Shown: positions 36,107 to 46,950, counted from the whole stretch's first letter. The stretch: 61,157 bases of DNA, filler included, from 6 parts of 6 records of this genome joined end to end with filler, not necessarily neighbours in it; one strand, 5' to 3'. Notes: generated by a model from the letters alone, not told the origin. Numbers and translations are program-made.

Positions 36107-38145
36107 TGCTTCCTATGAAAATTGTTCTAGCAGGTCAGCCTAATGTAGGGAAATCTTCACTGATCAATGCTATGTCAAATTCCCGATTAAAAGTTGGGAA
36201 CTTTAGTGGCGTAACAGTAGAAAAAACAGAGATCTGTTTTGAACACCATTGTCATCAAGTACAGATGATTGACCTTCCTGGGACTTATTCTATCCATGGA
36301 TTTTCGATGGAGGAAAAAGTTGCAAAAGAGTATCTCCAACAAAAAGATTATGATATTATCATTAATGTTATAGATGCAACCCATCTTGTAAGAAATCTTC
36401 TTTTAACGTTGGAGCTTTTAAAACTCAATAAAAAGATGGTGATCGCTTTAAATATGTATGACGAAGCAAAAGCAGAAGGGCTTGATATCGATGTACGACA
36501 AATAGAAGCGATCATAGGGATCCCAGTAATTGCAGTGAGTGCAAACACAAAAGAGGGGATCGAAGAGCTTTTAGAGGTGGTTCATAACTACTATGATTCT
36601 CCACAAAGATTGTATTCAAATGTAAGTTATAGTGATGTGATCGAAGAAGAACTTTTTGCACTTACAAAGTTTTTCGATGAACATAATTATAGCTATAAAG
36701 ATCTTTCCCATAGAGAGATGGCTATGAAGCTAATTTTCCAAGATGAAGAGTTTTATGCCCATATCCATGATAAACCTATCTTTGCCCAACTCCAACCAGT
36801 TCTTTTAGAAGCTCTTACAAAGATCCAAGTCTATTTTGAAACTGAAGATATGAAAGAGATACGTACTGAAGAGTACCACTCAATTGCTGCAGGGATCAAA
36901 AGAGAAACAGTGAGTAAAAAAGAGGAACAAGAGGTTCAAAACTTTACGAAAAAAATAGATAATATCTTGATCAATAAATTTATAGGTATACCAATATTTT
37001 TATTTTTGATGTGGGGATTGTTTCAGCTTACTTTTGAGTGGGGATCTATCCCTATGGATTATATCGATATGGGATTTGCAGCTTTAGGTGAAGCGATTGG
37101 GGCTAATATTGCCCATGAAGGATTACGATCTCTTATTGTTGATGGTATCATTGCTGGGGTTGGGGCTGTAGTTTTATTCCTACCAAATATTATTATCCTT
37201 TATATCGGTATTGCTTTACTTGAGACCACAGGGTATATGAGCAGAGTTGCTTTTTTACTTGATGGGTTTTTCCATAAGTTTGGACTTCACGGAAAAAGTT
37301 TTATCCCTCTTGTGACTGGATTTGGATGTTCAGTTCCTGCGTATATGGCTACACGAACTCTTAAAAATGAAAAAGATCGATTGATCACTTTATTTGTGAT
37401 AGGGTTTATGAGTTGTGGGGCAAAGTTACCTATTTATGTACTTTTTACTGGAGCTTTTTTTGCACAAGAAGTAGCGGGAAATATCCTCTTTTTAATCTAT
37501 CTTGCAGGAGCGTTTTTAGGGCTATTTATGGCAAAAATATTACGAATGTTTGTTTTTCGTGGAGAGGATGAGCCGTTTGTAATGGAGATGCCAAAGTATA
37601 GATTTCCAAGTCTAAAACTTATCTATATGATCGTCTCACAAAAAGCGTGGTCATATCTAAAAAAAGCAGGTACTTTTATCTTAGCAGCTTCGATGCTTAT
37701 TTGGTTTGCAAGTACTTATCCAAAAAGTGAAAATACCAGCCCTGCAGTTCAATTAGAACAAAGTTATTTAGGACAGCTTGGAAAAGCAAGTGAGCCATTT
37801 TTTGCTCCACTTGGATTTGATTGGAAGCTCTCTGTGGCACTTGAAACTGGACTTGCAGCCAAAGAGGTAGTTGTTGCAACTCTTGGAATCTTATATAATG
37901 TAGGAGAAGAGGTCACAGAAGATGATGAGAGATTATTAAGTGAGCTTAAAAGACAGATACCTCTTGCAACAGCAGTGGCTTTTGTAGTTTTTGCGATGAT
38001 ATATCTTCCTTGTTTTGCAGCTTCTATGGTTTTTGCAAAAGAAGCGGGTGGATATAAATATCTTGGGTATCTTTTTATCTTTACCACAGCGGTAGCATGG
38101 ATCATGAGTTTTATAGCGTATCATATCACTTCTTTAATAATTTAA
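36103..38145 (+). CDS. feoB: Ferrous iron transporter B
   Basis: G1 GQPNVGKS, GNFSGVTVE, DLPGTYS, NMYD; GFGCSVPA, FMSCGAKLP, YLPC. Confidence 0.96.
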   Translation: MMLPMKIVLAGQPNVGKSSLINAMSNSRLKVGNFSGVTVEKTEICFEHHCHQVQMIDLPGTYSIHGFSMEEKVAKEYLQQKDYDIIINVIDATHLVRNLLLTLELLKLNKKMVIALNMYDEAKAEGLDIDVRQIEAIIGIPVIAVSANTKEGIEELLEVVHNYYDSPQRLYSNVSYSDVIEEELFALTKFFDEHNYSYKDLSHREMAMKLIFQDEEFYAHIHDKPIFAQLQPVLLEALTKIQVYFETEDMKEIRTEEYHSIAAGIKRETVSKKEEQEVQNFTKKIDNILINKFIGIPIFLFLMWGLFQLTFEWGSIPMDYIDMGFAALGEAIGANIAHEGLRSLIVDGIIAGVGAVVLFLPNIIILYIGIALLETTGYMSRVAFLLDGFFHKFGLHGKSFIPLVTGFGCSVPAYMATRTLKNEKDRLITLFVIGFMSCGAKLPIYVLFTGAFFAQEVAGNILFLIYLAGAFLGLFMAKILRMFVFRGEDEPFVMEMPKYRFPSLKLIYMIVSQKAWSYLKKAGTFILAASMLIWFASTYPKSENTSPAVQLEQSYLGQLGKASEPFFAPLGFDWKLSVALETGLAAKEVVVATLGILYNVGEEVTEDDERLLSELKRQIPLATAVAFVVFAMIYLPCFAASMVFAKEAGGYKYLGYLFIFTTAVAWIMSFIAYHITSLII

Positions 38146-38206
38146 TATTTCGTTAACAATAATGTTCTATAATTTCTAAAACTTAAGAAATTATGGAGCT
38201 ACTTCA

Positions 38207-39022
38207 ATGAATCTAAAAAAGATAACTTCACTTACGATGCTTTGGGCAATGATCGTTATGACCTATACTGGGATCATACTTTTTATAGCCCCTCCTGGGA
38301 GAATTGCAAACTGGGCAAACTGGGAGATATTTGGGCTTACTAAAGAGCAATATGGTGCATTACATTCAACCATGATGGTACTCTTTATTATAGCTACTAT
38401 TTTACATGTGTATTATAACTGGAAAACAATGACAAGTTATATGAAAAACAAAGCAAAGCAGATGGTAGTATTTACAAAAGATATGGTGATAGCTTTTGTT
38501 GTAACACTTATTTTTGTCGCAGGGACTTTAAGTGAGGTCACACCTTTTTCATCTTTTACAGACTTTGGTGAAGATATAAAAGAGAGTTGGGAAAAAGAGT
38601 ATGGCACAGCTCCATATTCCCATGCTGAGCTAAGTTCGCTTAAAAGCTTTTGCAAAAAGATGGGATATGATCTAGTAAAGAGTGAAGAGATCCTTAAAAG
38701 CAATGGGATAAGTTATGAGCTCACAAAGTCTTTATCTCAAATAGCAGAAGAGAATCGTGTAAGTCCACAGTTTATCTATAACCTTTTAAAGAAAAACTTT
38801 GAAAAATCTGGAGAAAAGAGCATTGTATTAACAGGTTTAGGGAAAAAACAGATCAAAGATGTGGCTGAGACTTTAGGGATCACTACTGAAGAGTTTATAA
38901 TAAAACTAAAAACTTTAGGAATCGAAGCCAAAGCAGATGATAAGTTTAAAACTACAGTTGAAAACTATGATATGAGCCCTATGGATGTGATGACAAAATT
39001 AGGGTATAAAAAGCCAGAGTAG
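38207..39022 (+). CDS. DUF4405-like cytochrome b-type membrane protein
   Basis: TG.ILFIAP.GRIANW..W...GL.K, two TM His (LH...LHVYYNW), PY.HAEL. Confidence 0.75.
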   Translation: MNLKKITSLTMLWAMIVMTYTGIILFIAPPGRIANWANWEIFGLTKEQYGALHSTMMVLFIIATILHVYYNWKTMTSYMKNKAKQMVVFTKDMVIAFVVTLIFVAGTLSEVTPFSSFTDFGEDIKESWEKEYGTAPYSHAELSSLKSFCKKMGYDLVKSEEILKSNGISYELTKSLSQIAEENRVSPQFIYNLLKKNFEKSGEKSIVLTGLGKKQIKDVAETLGITTEEFIIKLKTLGIEAKADDKFKTTVENYDMSPMDVMTKLGYKKPE

Positions 39023-39065
39023 TTGTGTAACTTCCTTGTAATGTTATTTTGCTAATATAAATACT

Positions 39066-39371
39066 ATGTTTATACTTATACCAGCGATTATTATATTTTT
39101 ACTTCTTACTTATTTATACCTTAATGATGTAAGTGTAGTTGGACAAGTGTTCATCTACACTTTAGTCTTTTTTGTACTAGGAATTACTCTATTTTTATAT
39201 AAAAGCATTAAAAAAGATATGCTTCAACAAGAGATCCATAGACTAGAAGCGGATGTTTTGGCTTTGGAAAAAAAGATGATAGAAACAACAGATCAAAAAA
39301 GAAAACAGCAGATCTTAAATAAAATTGAGCAATTACAACAAGAGATAGAGCTCAAACTTCAAAATAAGTAA
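39066..39371 (+). CDS. Hypothetical protein, two TM helices plus a coiled coil
   Basis: Two hydrophobic helices, then a Q/E/K-rich tail. Confidence 0.6.
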   Translation: MFILIPAIIIFLLLTYLYLNDVSVVGQVFIYTLVFFVLGITLFLYKSIKKDMLQQEIHRLEADVLALEKKMIETTDQKRKQQILNKIEQLQQEIELKLQNK

Positions 39372-39417
39372 GCATATAGTAAAATACAAGCTTTAAAAAC
39401 TTTTAGGAACACAAATA

Positions 39418-41166
39418 ATGAGATTTTCAAACTGCTTTATACCAACAACAAAAGAAACACCAAATGACGCAACCCTGCCAAGTCACCAATACTTAATACG
39501 AGGTGGATTTATCTCCAGTCAAGGTGCTGGGCTTTATAACTATATGCCTTTAGGAAAGATTGTTTTAGAAAAGATTCGAGCAATTGTAAAAGAGGAACTT
39601 GACAATGCTAGATGTCAAGAGGTACAACTTGGATTTGTCACTCCACTTGAACTTTGGGAGAAAAGTGGACGAGCTTCAAAAATGGGTCTTGAGATGTTAC
39701 GGATCAAAGATAGAAAAAATAATGACTTTGTACTAAGCCCTACCAATGAAGAAGCGATGGTAGAACTTGTAAAAAATAGAGTCACAAGCTATAAAGATTT
39801 ACCAATAAATCTCTATCAGATTAATACAAAGTTTCGTGATGAAGCAAGACCTAGATTTGGTCTTATGAGAGGGCGAGAGTTTTTGATGAAAGATGGATAC
39901 TCTTTCCATGAGTCTGATGAGGATATGGTAAGAGAGTTTCACCATATGGAAGAGACTTATAAAAAGATCTTTTCTAGACTTGGATTAGATTTTAGAGTGG
40001 TAGAAGCTGATAGTGGAGCGATTGGTGGAAGTGGATCAAAAGAGTTTCATATCCTAGCCAATAGTGGAGAAGATACGATTGTAGTATGTGATAACTGTGA
40101 GTATGGAGCAAATATTGAAGCAGCTACTAGAAAACCACGAGTAATAGATACTACTTTAATTGGAAGTGGAAAAGTAGAAACTCCAAATACTAAAACAATT
40201 GAAGAGGTAAGTGATTTTTTAAAAGTAAAACCATCACAAACTATCAAAGCAGTGATCAAAAAAGCGATCTTTGAAGAGGAGACTCAAATAGTGGTTTTCT
40301 TTGTACGAGGTGATGATGAGCTTGAAGAGACAAAAGCGCTCAATGCTATTAATGCTTTAGAGTTAGTTGATGCTAGTGAAGAGGAGATAGGAGAGGTTGG
40401 ACTTGTAGCTGGATATGTTGGGTTAGTGGATCTTCCTGAAAATATCACTTATTTTATTGATAAAGAACTAAAAGATGAAACAGAGATGATCACGGGAGCA
40501 AATGAAGAGAACTACCATTTAACAGGAGTTGAGGTTTGTTGTAAAGAAGAGGAAGTGTATGCTGATCTTATTGCAGTTGCTGAGGGGAACGAATGTAGCT
40601 GTTGTGGTGGGACATTATCTCATACAAAAGGGATCGAAGCAGGACATATCTTCCAACTAGGAACAAAATATTCTGAACCCTTAGAAGCAAACTTTTTAGA
40701 TGCAAATGGGAAGTCTCAACCTTTTGTTATGGGAACTTATGGAATTGGTGTAAGTAGACTAGTAGCTGCAGTGATTGAGCAAAGTCATGATGATAAAGGG
40801 TGTATCTGGACAAAAGATACAGCACCATTTTTTGTAGATGTGATTGTTTCAAATGGGAAAAAAGAGGATGAACTTCAAGCTGGAGTTGATATCTATGATG
40901 AACTAAATGCAAACGGGATCGAAGCTATTTTAGATGATAGAAAAAAAGAGCGATTTGGATTTAAGATGGGAGATTTTGAACTAATTGGTTTCCCATATGC
41001 TGTAGTTGTAGGGAAAAAATTAGCTGATGGGCTTGTTGAAGTTGTTTGTAGAAAAACAGGTGAGAGGGCTGAGCTTAAAAAAGAGGATGTGGTAAAAGTA
41101 TTGAAAAGACTTCATAGCGAAAACCTTACCTTACATCGAGTAATCAATCATGTGGATGAGATCTAA
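39418..41166 (+). CDS. proS: Proline--tRNA ligase (bacterial type with editing domain)
   Basis: [60 protein letters not shown]. Confidence 0.98.
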   Translation: MRFSNCFIPTTKETPNDATLPSHQYLIRGGFISSQGAGLYNYMPLGKIVLEKIRAIVKEELDNARCQEVQLGFVTPLELWEKSGRASKMGLEMLRIKDRKNNDFVLSPTNEEAMVELVKNRVTSYKDLPINLYQINTKFRDEARPRFGLMRGREFLMKDGYSFHESDEDMVREFHHMEETYKKIFSRLGLDFRVVEADSGAIGGSGSKEFHILANSGEDTIVVCDNCEYGANIEAATRKPRVIDTTLIGSGKVETPNTKTIEEVSDFLKVKPSQTIKAVIKKAIFEEETQIVVFFVRGDDELEETKALNAINALELVDASEEEIGEVGLVAGYVGLVDLPENITYFIDKELKDETEMITGANEENYHLTGVEVCCKEEEVYADLIAVAEGNECSCCGGTLSHTKGIEAGHIFQLGTKYSEPLEANFLDANGKSQPFVMGTYGIGVSRLVAAVIEQSHDDKGCIWTKDTAPFFVDVIVSNGKKEDELQAGVDIYDELNANGIEAILDDRKKERFGFKMGDFELIGFPYAVVVGKKLADGLVEVVCRKTGERAELKKEDVVKVLKRLHSENLTLHRVINHVDEI

Positions 41167-41176
41167 AGCACTCTAG

Positions 41177-43258
41177 ATGTATCCAAAAGATCTAACACTC
41201 AATATATCTTTAGATGGTAGTAGTGTAGAGCAAAAGCGTCAGGAGATCTTGGAGTATTTTATAAATACTTTTGAGATCTTTGAAAAGCTTTTTGAGATCT
41301 TCAGAGATGATCAGGTTTTTTATGAAAAGCCAGAATCTCTTCGCCATCCTTTAATCTTCTATTATGGGCATACCGCCTGTTTTTATATCAATAAACTCCT
41401 TCTTTCAAATAATATTACTAGGAGAATAAATCCAGAGTTTGAAAATATGTTTGCTATTGGTGTAGATGAGATGAGCTGGGATGATCTGGGTGAGCAAAAC
41501 TATACTTGGCCTAGTGTTGAGAGGGTAAAAGAGTATAGGGCAAAAGTTAAAGAGCTTGTAGTAAACTTTATTCAATCATGTGAATTTTCATTGCCAATAG
41601 ATTGGGAAAGTCCTATGTGGATCATCTTAATGGGGATTGAACATGAGAGAATCCATATCGAGACTTCAAGTGTACTTCATAGACAACTTGATATCAAATA
41701 TGTAAAAGAGCATCCATTTTTTAAAGAGTGTGACTTAGACGAACAAGCTCCAATAAATGAGTTGATATCTATTGAGGGTGGAGGAGTACAACTAGGAAAA
41801 TCAAAAACAGATGACTATTATGGCTGGGATAATGAATATGGAACCTATAAAGAGGAAATACAAGAGTTTAAAGTTTCAAAATACCTTGTAAGTAATGGGG
41901 AGTTTTTAGAGTTTATAAAAGATGGTGGATATACAAATGATGAGTATTGGAGTAAGGAGGGGAAAGCTTGGAAAAACTATAAAGGGGTTAGTTATCCAAC
42001 TTTTTGGAAAAAAAGAGATGGAGAATATTTTTATCGAACTCTCACAAGAGAAATACCACTTCCTTTGAGCTGGCCAGTAGATGTGAACTATCTAGAAGCA
42101 GAAGCTTTTTGTAACTACAAATCACAAAAAACAGCTAAACTCATCACTCTTCCAACTGAAGCTATGTGGCATAAAATGTATGAAAAGTATAGTGGGGCCA
42201 TAGAGTTTCAAAATGGAAATTTCTCTTTACTTCATTATGCTTCATCTGCTCCTGTAGATAGTTTCCCCTTTGGAGATATCTATGATCTTGTAGGAAATGT
42301 ATGGCAATGGACAAGCACCCCAATAGATGGATTTGAGGGCTTTAAAGTGCACCCAGCTTATGATGATTTTTCAACACCAACTTTTGATAATAGACACAAT
42401 CTTATTAAAGGGGGAAGTTGGATCAGTATGGGAAATGAGATTTTAAAGTATAGCCGTTATGCTTTTAGAAGACACTTCTTTCAGCACGCTGGTTTTCGGT
42501 ATGTAGAAGTAAAAGAGCTTGTAAATACTAGCTCAAATAATTTTTATGAAACCGATGAACAAATTTCTCAATATTCTGATTTTCACTTTGGAGCGGAGCA
42601 TTATGGAGTAGAAAATTTCCATAAAAGATGTGCAAAGATCGCTTTTAAATATTGCGATAAAAAAGGAAAAGCCTTAGATATAGGATGTAGTGTAGGAAGA
42701 GGGGTATTTGAGCTAGCTCGTGAATTTGATCACGCAATAGGGATAGATTTTAGTGCACGATTTATAAAAGTAGGACAGCAGTTATTGGATCAAAAAGCTG
42801 TAGGATATACAAGAAAGATCGAAGGGGATATCAAAGAGAGAGTTGAAGTGAGTCTAAAAGATCTTGGACTGGATCTTATCCAAAGTTCACAAATAGAGTT
42901 TTGGCAAGGGGATGCTTGTAATCTAAAACCTCATTTTAGTGGATATGATCTTATTATCTCAATCAATCTTGTTGATAGACTTTATGATCCTAGAAAGTTT
43001 TTATTAGATATGGCACATCGTCTTAATAGTGGTGGAGTTTTTATTATAGGAAGTCCTTTTACATGGAGTGAAGAGTATACTCCAAAAGAGGAGTGGCTCT
43101 GTACTGAAAATAAAACGTCACAAGAGAGTTTAAATGAGTTGTTATCTGAAGAGTTTGAGTCACTTTGTGAGCCATTTTTGGAAGAGTTTGTAATTCGTGA
43201 GACGGAGCGAAAGTTTCAACACTCACGTAGTCAAATATCTGTTTGGAAGAAAAAATAG
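41177..43258 (+). CDS. ovoA: 5-histidylcysteine sulfoxide synthase / methyltransferase (ovothiol biosynthesis)
   Basis: LRHPLIFYYGHTA, GVDEMSWDDL, iron motif HERIHIETSSVL, FGE-like domain ending RYAFRRHFFQHAGFRY, SAM domain ALDIGCSVGR...QGDACNL. Confidence 0.95.
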   Translation: MYPKDLTLNISLDGSSVEQKRQEILEYFINTFEIFEKLFEIFRDDQVFYEKPESLRHPLIFYYGHTACFYINKLLLSNNITRRINPEFENMFAIGVDEMSWDDLGEQNYTWPSVERVKEYRAKVKELVVNFIQSCEFSLPIDWESPMWIILMGIEHERIHIETSSVLHRQLDIKYVKEHPFFKECDLDEQAPINELISIEGGGVQLGKSKTDDYYGWDNEYGTYKEEIQEFKVSKYLVSNGEFLEFIKDGGYTNDEYWSKEGKAWKNYKGVSYPTFWKKRDGEYFYRTLTREIPLPLSWPVDVNYLEAEAFCNYKSQKTAKLITLPTEAMWHKMYEKYSGAIEFQNGNFSLLHYASSAPVDSFPFGDIYDLVGNVWQWTSTPIDGFEGFKVHPAYDDFSTPTFDNRHNLIKGGSWISMGNEILKYSRYAFRRHFFQHAGFRYVEVKELVNTSSNNFYETDEQISQYSDFHFGAEHYGVENFHKRCAKIAFKYCDKKGKALDIGCSVGRGVFELAREFDHAIGIDFSARFIKVGQQLLDQKAVGYTRKIEGDIKERVEVSLKDLGLDLIQSSQIEFWQGDACNLKPHFSGYDLIISINLVDRLYDPRKFLLDMAHRLNSGGVFIIGSPFTWSEEYTPKEEWLCTENKTSQESLNELLSEEFESLCEPFLEEFVIRETERKFQHSRSQISVWKKK

Positions 43259-43259
43259 T

Positions 43260-44405
43260 ATGGAAAAGTTTGATAAAATCATTAATAGAATAGGAACAAA
43301 TTGTGTAAAATACGATGGGATGGAGCACTATTTTAATACAAAACATGCCATGCCTCTATGGGTGGCAGATATGGATTTTGCTGCTCCAAAATTTGTACAA
43401 AAGGCCTTAAAAAAGAAGATCAACCAAGAGGCTTTTGGATATGAAATATTATCAAATAAGTTTTTTAAAAGGATCATCTCTTGGCAGAAAAAAAATGATC
43501 TTGAGCTTAAAAAAGAGAATATCCTTTTTTGTGCTGGAGTAGTACCTAGTTTAGGAGCAGCTATTCGAGCTTTTAGTGAGATTGATGATGAGGTAATTAT
43601 TCAGCCACCTGTATATTTCCCATTTTTTTCAGTGGTGAAAGAGAATAATAGAAAACTAGTAACCAATCCATTGAAAATAAAAAAAGGAAAATATAAGATA
43701 GATTTTGAGGATCTTCAAAAGAAGATCACAGCAAAAACAAAACTTCTTATTCTTTGTTCACCTCATAATCCAGTAGGAAGAGTATGGAGCAAAAAAGAGC
43801 TTACGAAGCTTTCCAAGATCTGTAAAGAGCATAATATCATGGTGATAAGTGATGAGATCCACGCTGATATAGTCTTTAAAAAGTTTACTTCATATGCCAG
43901 TATTGATAAAAGTTCATTGATACTTAATGCTCCAAGTAAAACCTTTAATGTGGCAGGATTTAATAGTGCGTATGCTTTTAGTTTAGATGATACGATTGTA
44001 CAAACTTATAAAGAAGAATTAAAAAGGTCTCATCTAAGCTCTTTAAATACTCTATCAAACACTCTTATAGAAAATTGTTATTCAAAAAAAGGTGCTGCAT
44101 GGGTAGGGGAGCTTTTAGAGTACCTTCAAAACAATATCAATTTTACCTATAAATTTATAAAAAATAAGATACCAAAAATAGAAGTGATAGAAACTGAGGG
44201 CACATATCTTTTATGGCTTGATTTTAGAAATACTGGATTGACCCATACAAGGATTCGACAAAAGCTGCTTTTTGGAGCGAAAGTTGCACTCAATGATGGG
44301 ATAACCTTTGGAAAAAATGGAAAGTATTTTTTTCGGCTCAATGTAGCTTTACCAAAAAGTGAGCTAGAGATTGCACTAAAAAGAATAGAAAAAGAGTTTG
44401 GATAG
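43260..44405 (+). CDS. MalY/PatB-family PLP C-S lyase; probable OvoB equivalent
   Basis: PLWVADMDF, LCSPHNPVGRVW, SDEIHAD, APSKTFN, EGTYLLWLD; starts 1 nt after the ovoA stop. Confidence 0.88.
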   Translation: MEKFDKIINRIGTNCVKYDGMEHYFNTKHAMPLWVADMDFAAPKFVQKALKKKINQEAFGYEILSNKFFKRIISWQKKNDLELKKENILFCAGVVPSLGAAIRAFSEIDDEVIIQPPVYFPFFSVVKENNRKLVTNPLKIKKGKYKIDFEDLQKKITAKTKLLILCSPHNPVGRVWSKKELTKLSKICKEHNIMVISDEIHADIVFKKFTSYASIDKSSLILNAPSKTFNVAGFNSAYAFSLDDTIVQTYKEELKRSHLSSLNTLSNTLIENCYSKKGAAWVGELLEYLQNNINFTYKFIKNKIPKIEVIETEGTYLLWLDFRNTGLTHTRIRQKLLFGAKVALNDGITFGKNGKYFFRLNVALPKSELEIALKRIEKEFG

Positions 44406-46133
44406 ATGGATACAGCATTTTTAGATGATATAAAGCAAAATAATACCACTCCTAAAGGATTAGAGTCTTTATATGAGAGTTTATCAATAAAAGAGCAAAA
44501 ATGCTGGGATGAGATTGAAGAGTTTTCAATCAATAATTGGGCGAAGCTTTTTACCTTAAAAGCAAAACAAACTCCAAATAAAACAGCTATCATAGAAGTA
44601 GATAGTGACAACTCCTATACATACGGTGAGCTTGAAGATGCTTCAAATATTATCTATGAATTTATCAATAATACAACTGAAGATTATCGTATAGGGCTAA
44701 ACTTTCCAAACAGCTTTTTATTTGTAGCAGCACTCCTTGGGATCAATAAAGCAAACCGTTTAGCGATCCTTTTTAATAACAGAGAACCAAAACATCGTCA
44801 AGAGGAGTTAGCTACTGTAAGTGGTACACATATCGTATTAGGAAATCCTATCTATGGACTAGATCATTTTGATATAGAGGATATTTTGACTCGAAAAGTG
44901 TATGCTCCTCAACAAAAAGTCAACTATACGAGAGAAACTACTTTAGACGATCCAGCATTTGTGATTTTTACTAGTGGAACAAGTGGACCAAGTAAAGGAG
45001 CACTTTTTTCCCATAGGCGGATGATAGGTGCAGGGATCGCTTGGAGTTTACGAACTGGGATGAGAGAAGAGGATAACTGTTATATTTCACTACCCATGTA
45101 TCATGGCAATGGTTTAGCTGTGGCTTATAGCTCTGTTGTCTATGCTAATGCAACAGCATCTCTGCGTATGAAGTTTTCAGTGACAGAGTTTTTTAATGAT
45201 ATCAATAAGTACAGATGTTCTCATATGGTATATATCGGAGAGCTTTGGAGATATATCATCAATAGATATAAAGACAATCCTAATAAGTATCTAAAAGTGA
45301 TTTTTGGAAATGGACTCAATAAATCCCTTTGGGAAAAAGTAGTAGAGCAGTTTGAGATAGATCATGTCGTAGAACATTTCGGTTCGACAGAGATGCCAGC
45401 AGGGGCACTTACTAATTGGTTTGATATCGCTGGATATTGTGGTTATCTTCCACCTTATGATAAAAAGCTTAATGAGATGGTTTTAGTAGATGAAAACTAC
45501 CATCCAGTAGAGTACGGAGAGTATGGGGAAGCTTTATTTTTAGTACCAAGTGGAAAATATCGTGGATATCTCGATAGCTCACTTGATGAGAGTAAACTCT
45601 ACCATGAACTTTTCCAAGAAGATGATCTTTGGTGGAAAAGTGGTGATCTTTTGCAGTCTCATAAAAATGGCTTTTATACTTTTATCGAGCGTTTGGGAGA
45701 TACTTTCCGTTTTAAAGGGGAAAATGTTGCGTGTGTGGATGTGGAAGAAGCGATTCGAAAGTGTAGTTTTGAAAAAGAGTTTGATTTTGAAGAGATAGTG
45801 GTCTATGGGATAGAACTTCCTGATATAGATGGAAAGATTGGGATGGTATCACTTGTGAGTGATAAAGAGAACATATTAAGTATACTCAATGAACTATATA
45901 AGAATTTAAAAGAGGAATTAGCCTCATACGCTATTCCATATTTTGTAAAAATAACTAAAGATAAACACATTACAACATCAACTATGAAGATACAAAAGAG
46001 CCATTTGGCTAAAGAGGGAATAACAAAATATAATCAAGAAGAACATTTTGTATTAATAGAAAATAAGTATCAAGTAATTGATCAAAATATGTATCAAAAA
46101 ATCAAAAATAAACAAATAGAGATAGGAAAATAG
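44406..46133 (+). CDS. FATP/SLC27-like long-chain acyl-CoA synthetase (adenylate-forming)
   Basis: IFTSGTSGPSKGA, YIGELWRY, FGNGL, FGSTE, SGDLL, RLGDTFRFKGENV; abuts the lyase stop. Confidence 0.88.
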   Translation: MDTAFLDDIKQNNTTPKGLESLYESLSIKEQKCWDEIEEFSINNWAKLFTLKAKQTPNKTAIIEVDSDNSYTYGELEDASNIIYEFINNTTEDYRIGLNFPNSFLFVAALLGINKANRLAILFNNREPKHRQEELATVSGTHIVLGNPIYGLDHFDIEDILTRKVYAPQQKVNYTRETTLDDPAFVIFTSGTSGPSKGALFSHRRMIGAGIAWSLRTGMREEDNCYISLPMYHGNGLAVAYSSVVYANATASLRMKFSVTEFFNDINKYRCSHMVYIGELWRYIINRYKDNPNKYLKVIFGNGLNKSLWEKVVEQFEIDHVVEHFGSTEMPAGALTNWFDIAGYCGYLPPYDKKLNEMVLVDENYHPVEYGEYGEALFLVPSGKYRGYLDSSLDESKLYHELFQEDDLWWKSGDLLQSHKNGFYTFIERLGDTFRFKGENVACVDVEEAIRKCSFEKEFDFEEIVVYGIELPDIDGKIGMVSLVSDKENILSILNELYKNLKEELASYAIPYFVKITKDKHITTSTMKIQKSHLAKEGITKYNQEEHFVLIENKYQVIDQNMYQKIKNKQIEIGK

Positions 46134-46135
46134 TT

Positions 46136-46894
46136 TTGAGAGTAGTAGCTACTAGACTTCATACAACCAATGAAGAAAATCTTGTATGTTCCGCGGTTAT
46201 TTATAAGTGGTGTAATCATGTATTAAATTATTGTGATAAGCTGATAGTGGTAGTAGATACCAACTATTTACGACTGATCCAAAATGCAAAAGAGGATTTT
46301 AAAGATAAGATTGAACTTTTTCATATAGATCCTTGGATCAGTTTTACTCAGCCTTTGAATCTTATGGTTGAAAAAGCCCTTTCCATTGGGGCAAAGGAGC
46401 TTTTATTTCAAAGTATAGAAGTGGATATTGCTTTAGAAGATATGATCAAACTAGAAAAACATCTAGATGAGGATACTTTAGTAGTAGGTGCAAAACTTTT
46501 GGAGATCCATGCCAATGGAAATGAACACTCTACTATAAACGGATGGAATTCCCCTTGGAATACCTTAGCTTTATGGGATATTGAAAAGCTAGGACTCACT
46601 GGCTTTTTAAGTATCTCCAGCGGAAACCTTGAAGATATCCCTGGAGGGATAGAAGAGGTTGTGACAATTTCACTTTTACAACAACTAAAAAAAGATGAGA
46701 TGAAAGCCAAAGTGATCGATCTAAAAAGTGTAATATGGAATACCAAGTGGGATTCTAAAGAGCGAGAGATGTATCATGCAAAAAAAATGCAGACTAAAAA
46801 TGAAAGATCACAGGTTCAGCTTAAAAAGCTTGGGGTCAAGGTTGGAGAAGTGATCTTGGTAAAAGGTGAAGATGACAATATGCAATATAATTGA
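46136..46894 (+). CDS. Uncharacterised protein, possibly GT-A (nucleotide-diphospho-sugar transferase) fold
   Basis: beta-alpha pattern VVATR..KLIVVVD..PW.SF...LN..V..A...LLFQSIEV; PWNTLALWD..KL...GF; GGIEEV; TTG start 2 nt after the upstream stop. Confidence 0.55.
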   Translation: MRVVATRLHTTNEENLVCSAVIYKWCNHVLNYCDKLIVVVDTNYLRLIQNAKEDFKDKIELFHIDPWISFTQPLNLMVEKALSIGAKELLFQSIEVDIALEDMIKLEKHLDEDTLVVGAKLLEIHANGNEHSTINGWNSPWNTLALWDIEKLGLTGFLSISSGNLEDIPGGIEEVVTISLLQQLKKDEMKAKVIDLKSVIWNTKWDSKEREMYHAKKMQTKNERSQVQLKKLGVKVGEVILVKGEDDNMQYN

Positions 46895-46950
46895 GTCACA
46901 ATATTTTTTTATGATAAGCTTTATTGAATAAAGTTAATGAGGATATGGTC

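Noticed and set aside
41177-43258. egtB (ergothioneine) assignment
   Set aside because: The GVDEMSWDD, HERIHIETSSVL and RRHFFQHAGFRY motifs and the C-terminal methyltransferase are OvoA-type
41177-46894. Ovoselenol/selenoneine-type selenium cluster (sulfoxide synthase plus glycosyltransferase)
   Set aside because: No selD/senC or GT-B SenB-like gene is in the contig, and the adjacent PLP C-S lyase and fused methyltransferase fit cysteine-dependent OvoA
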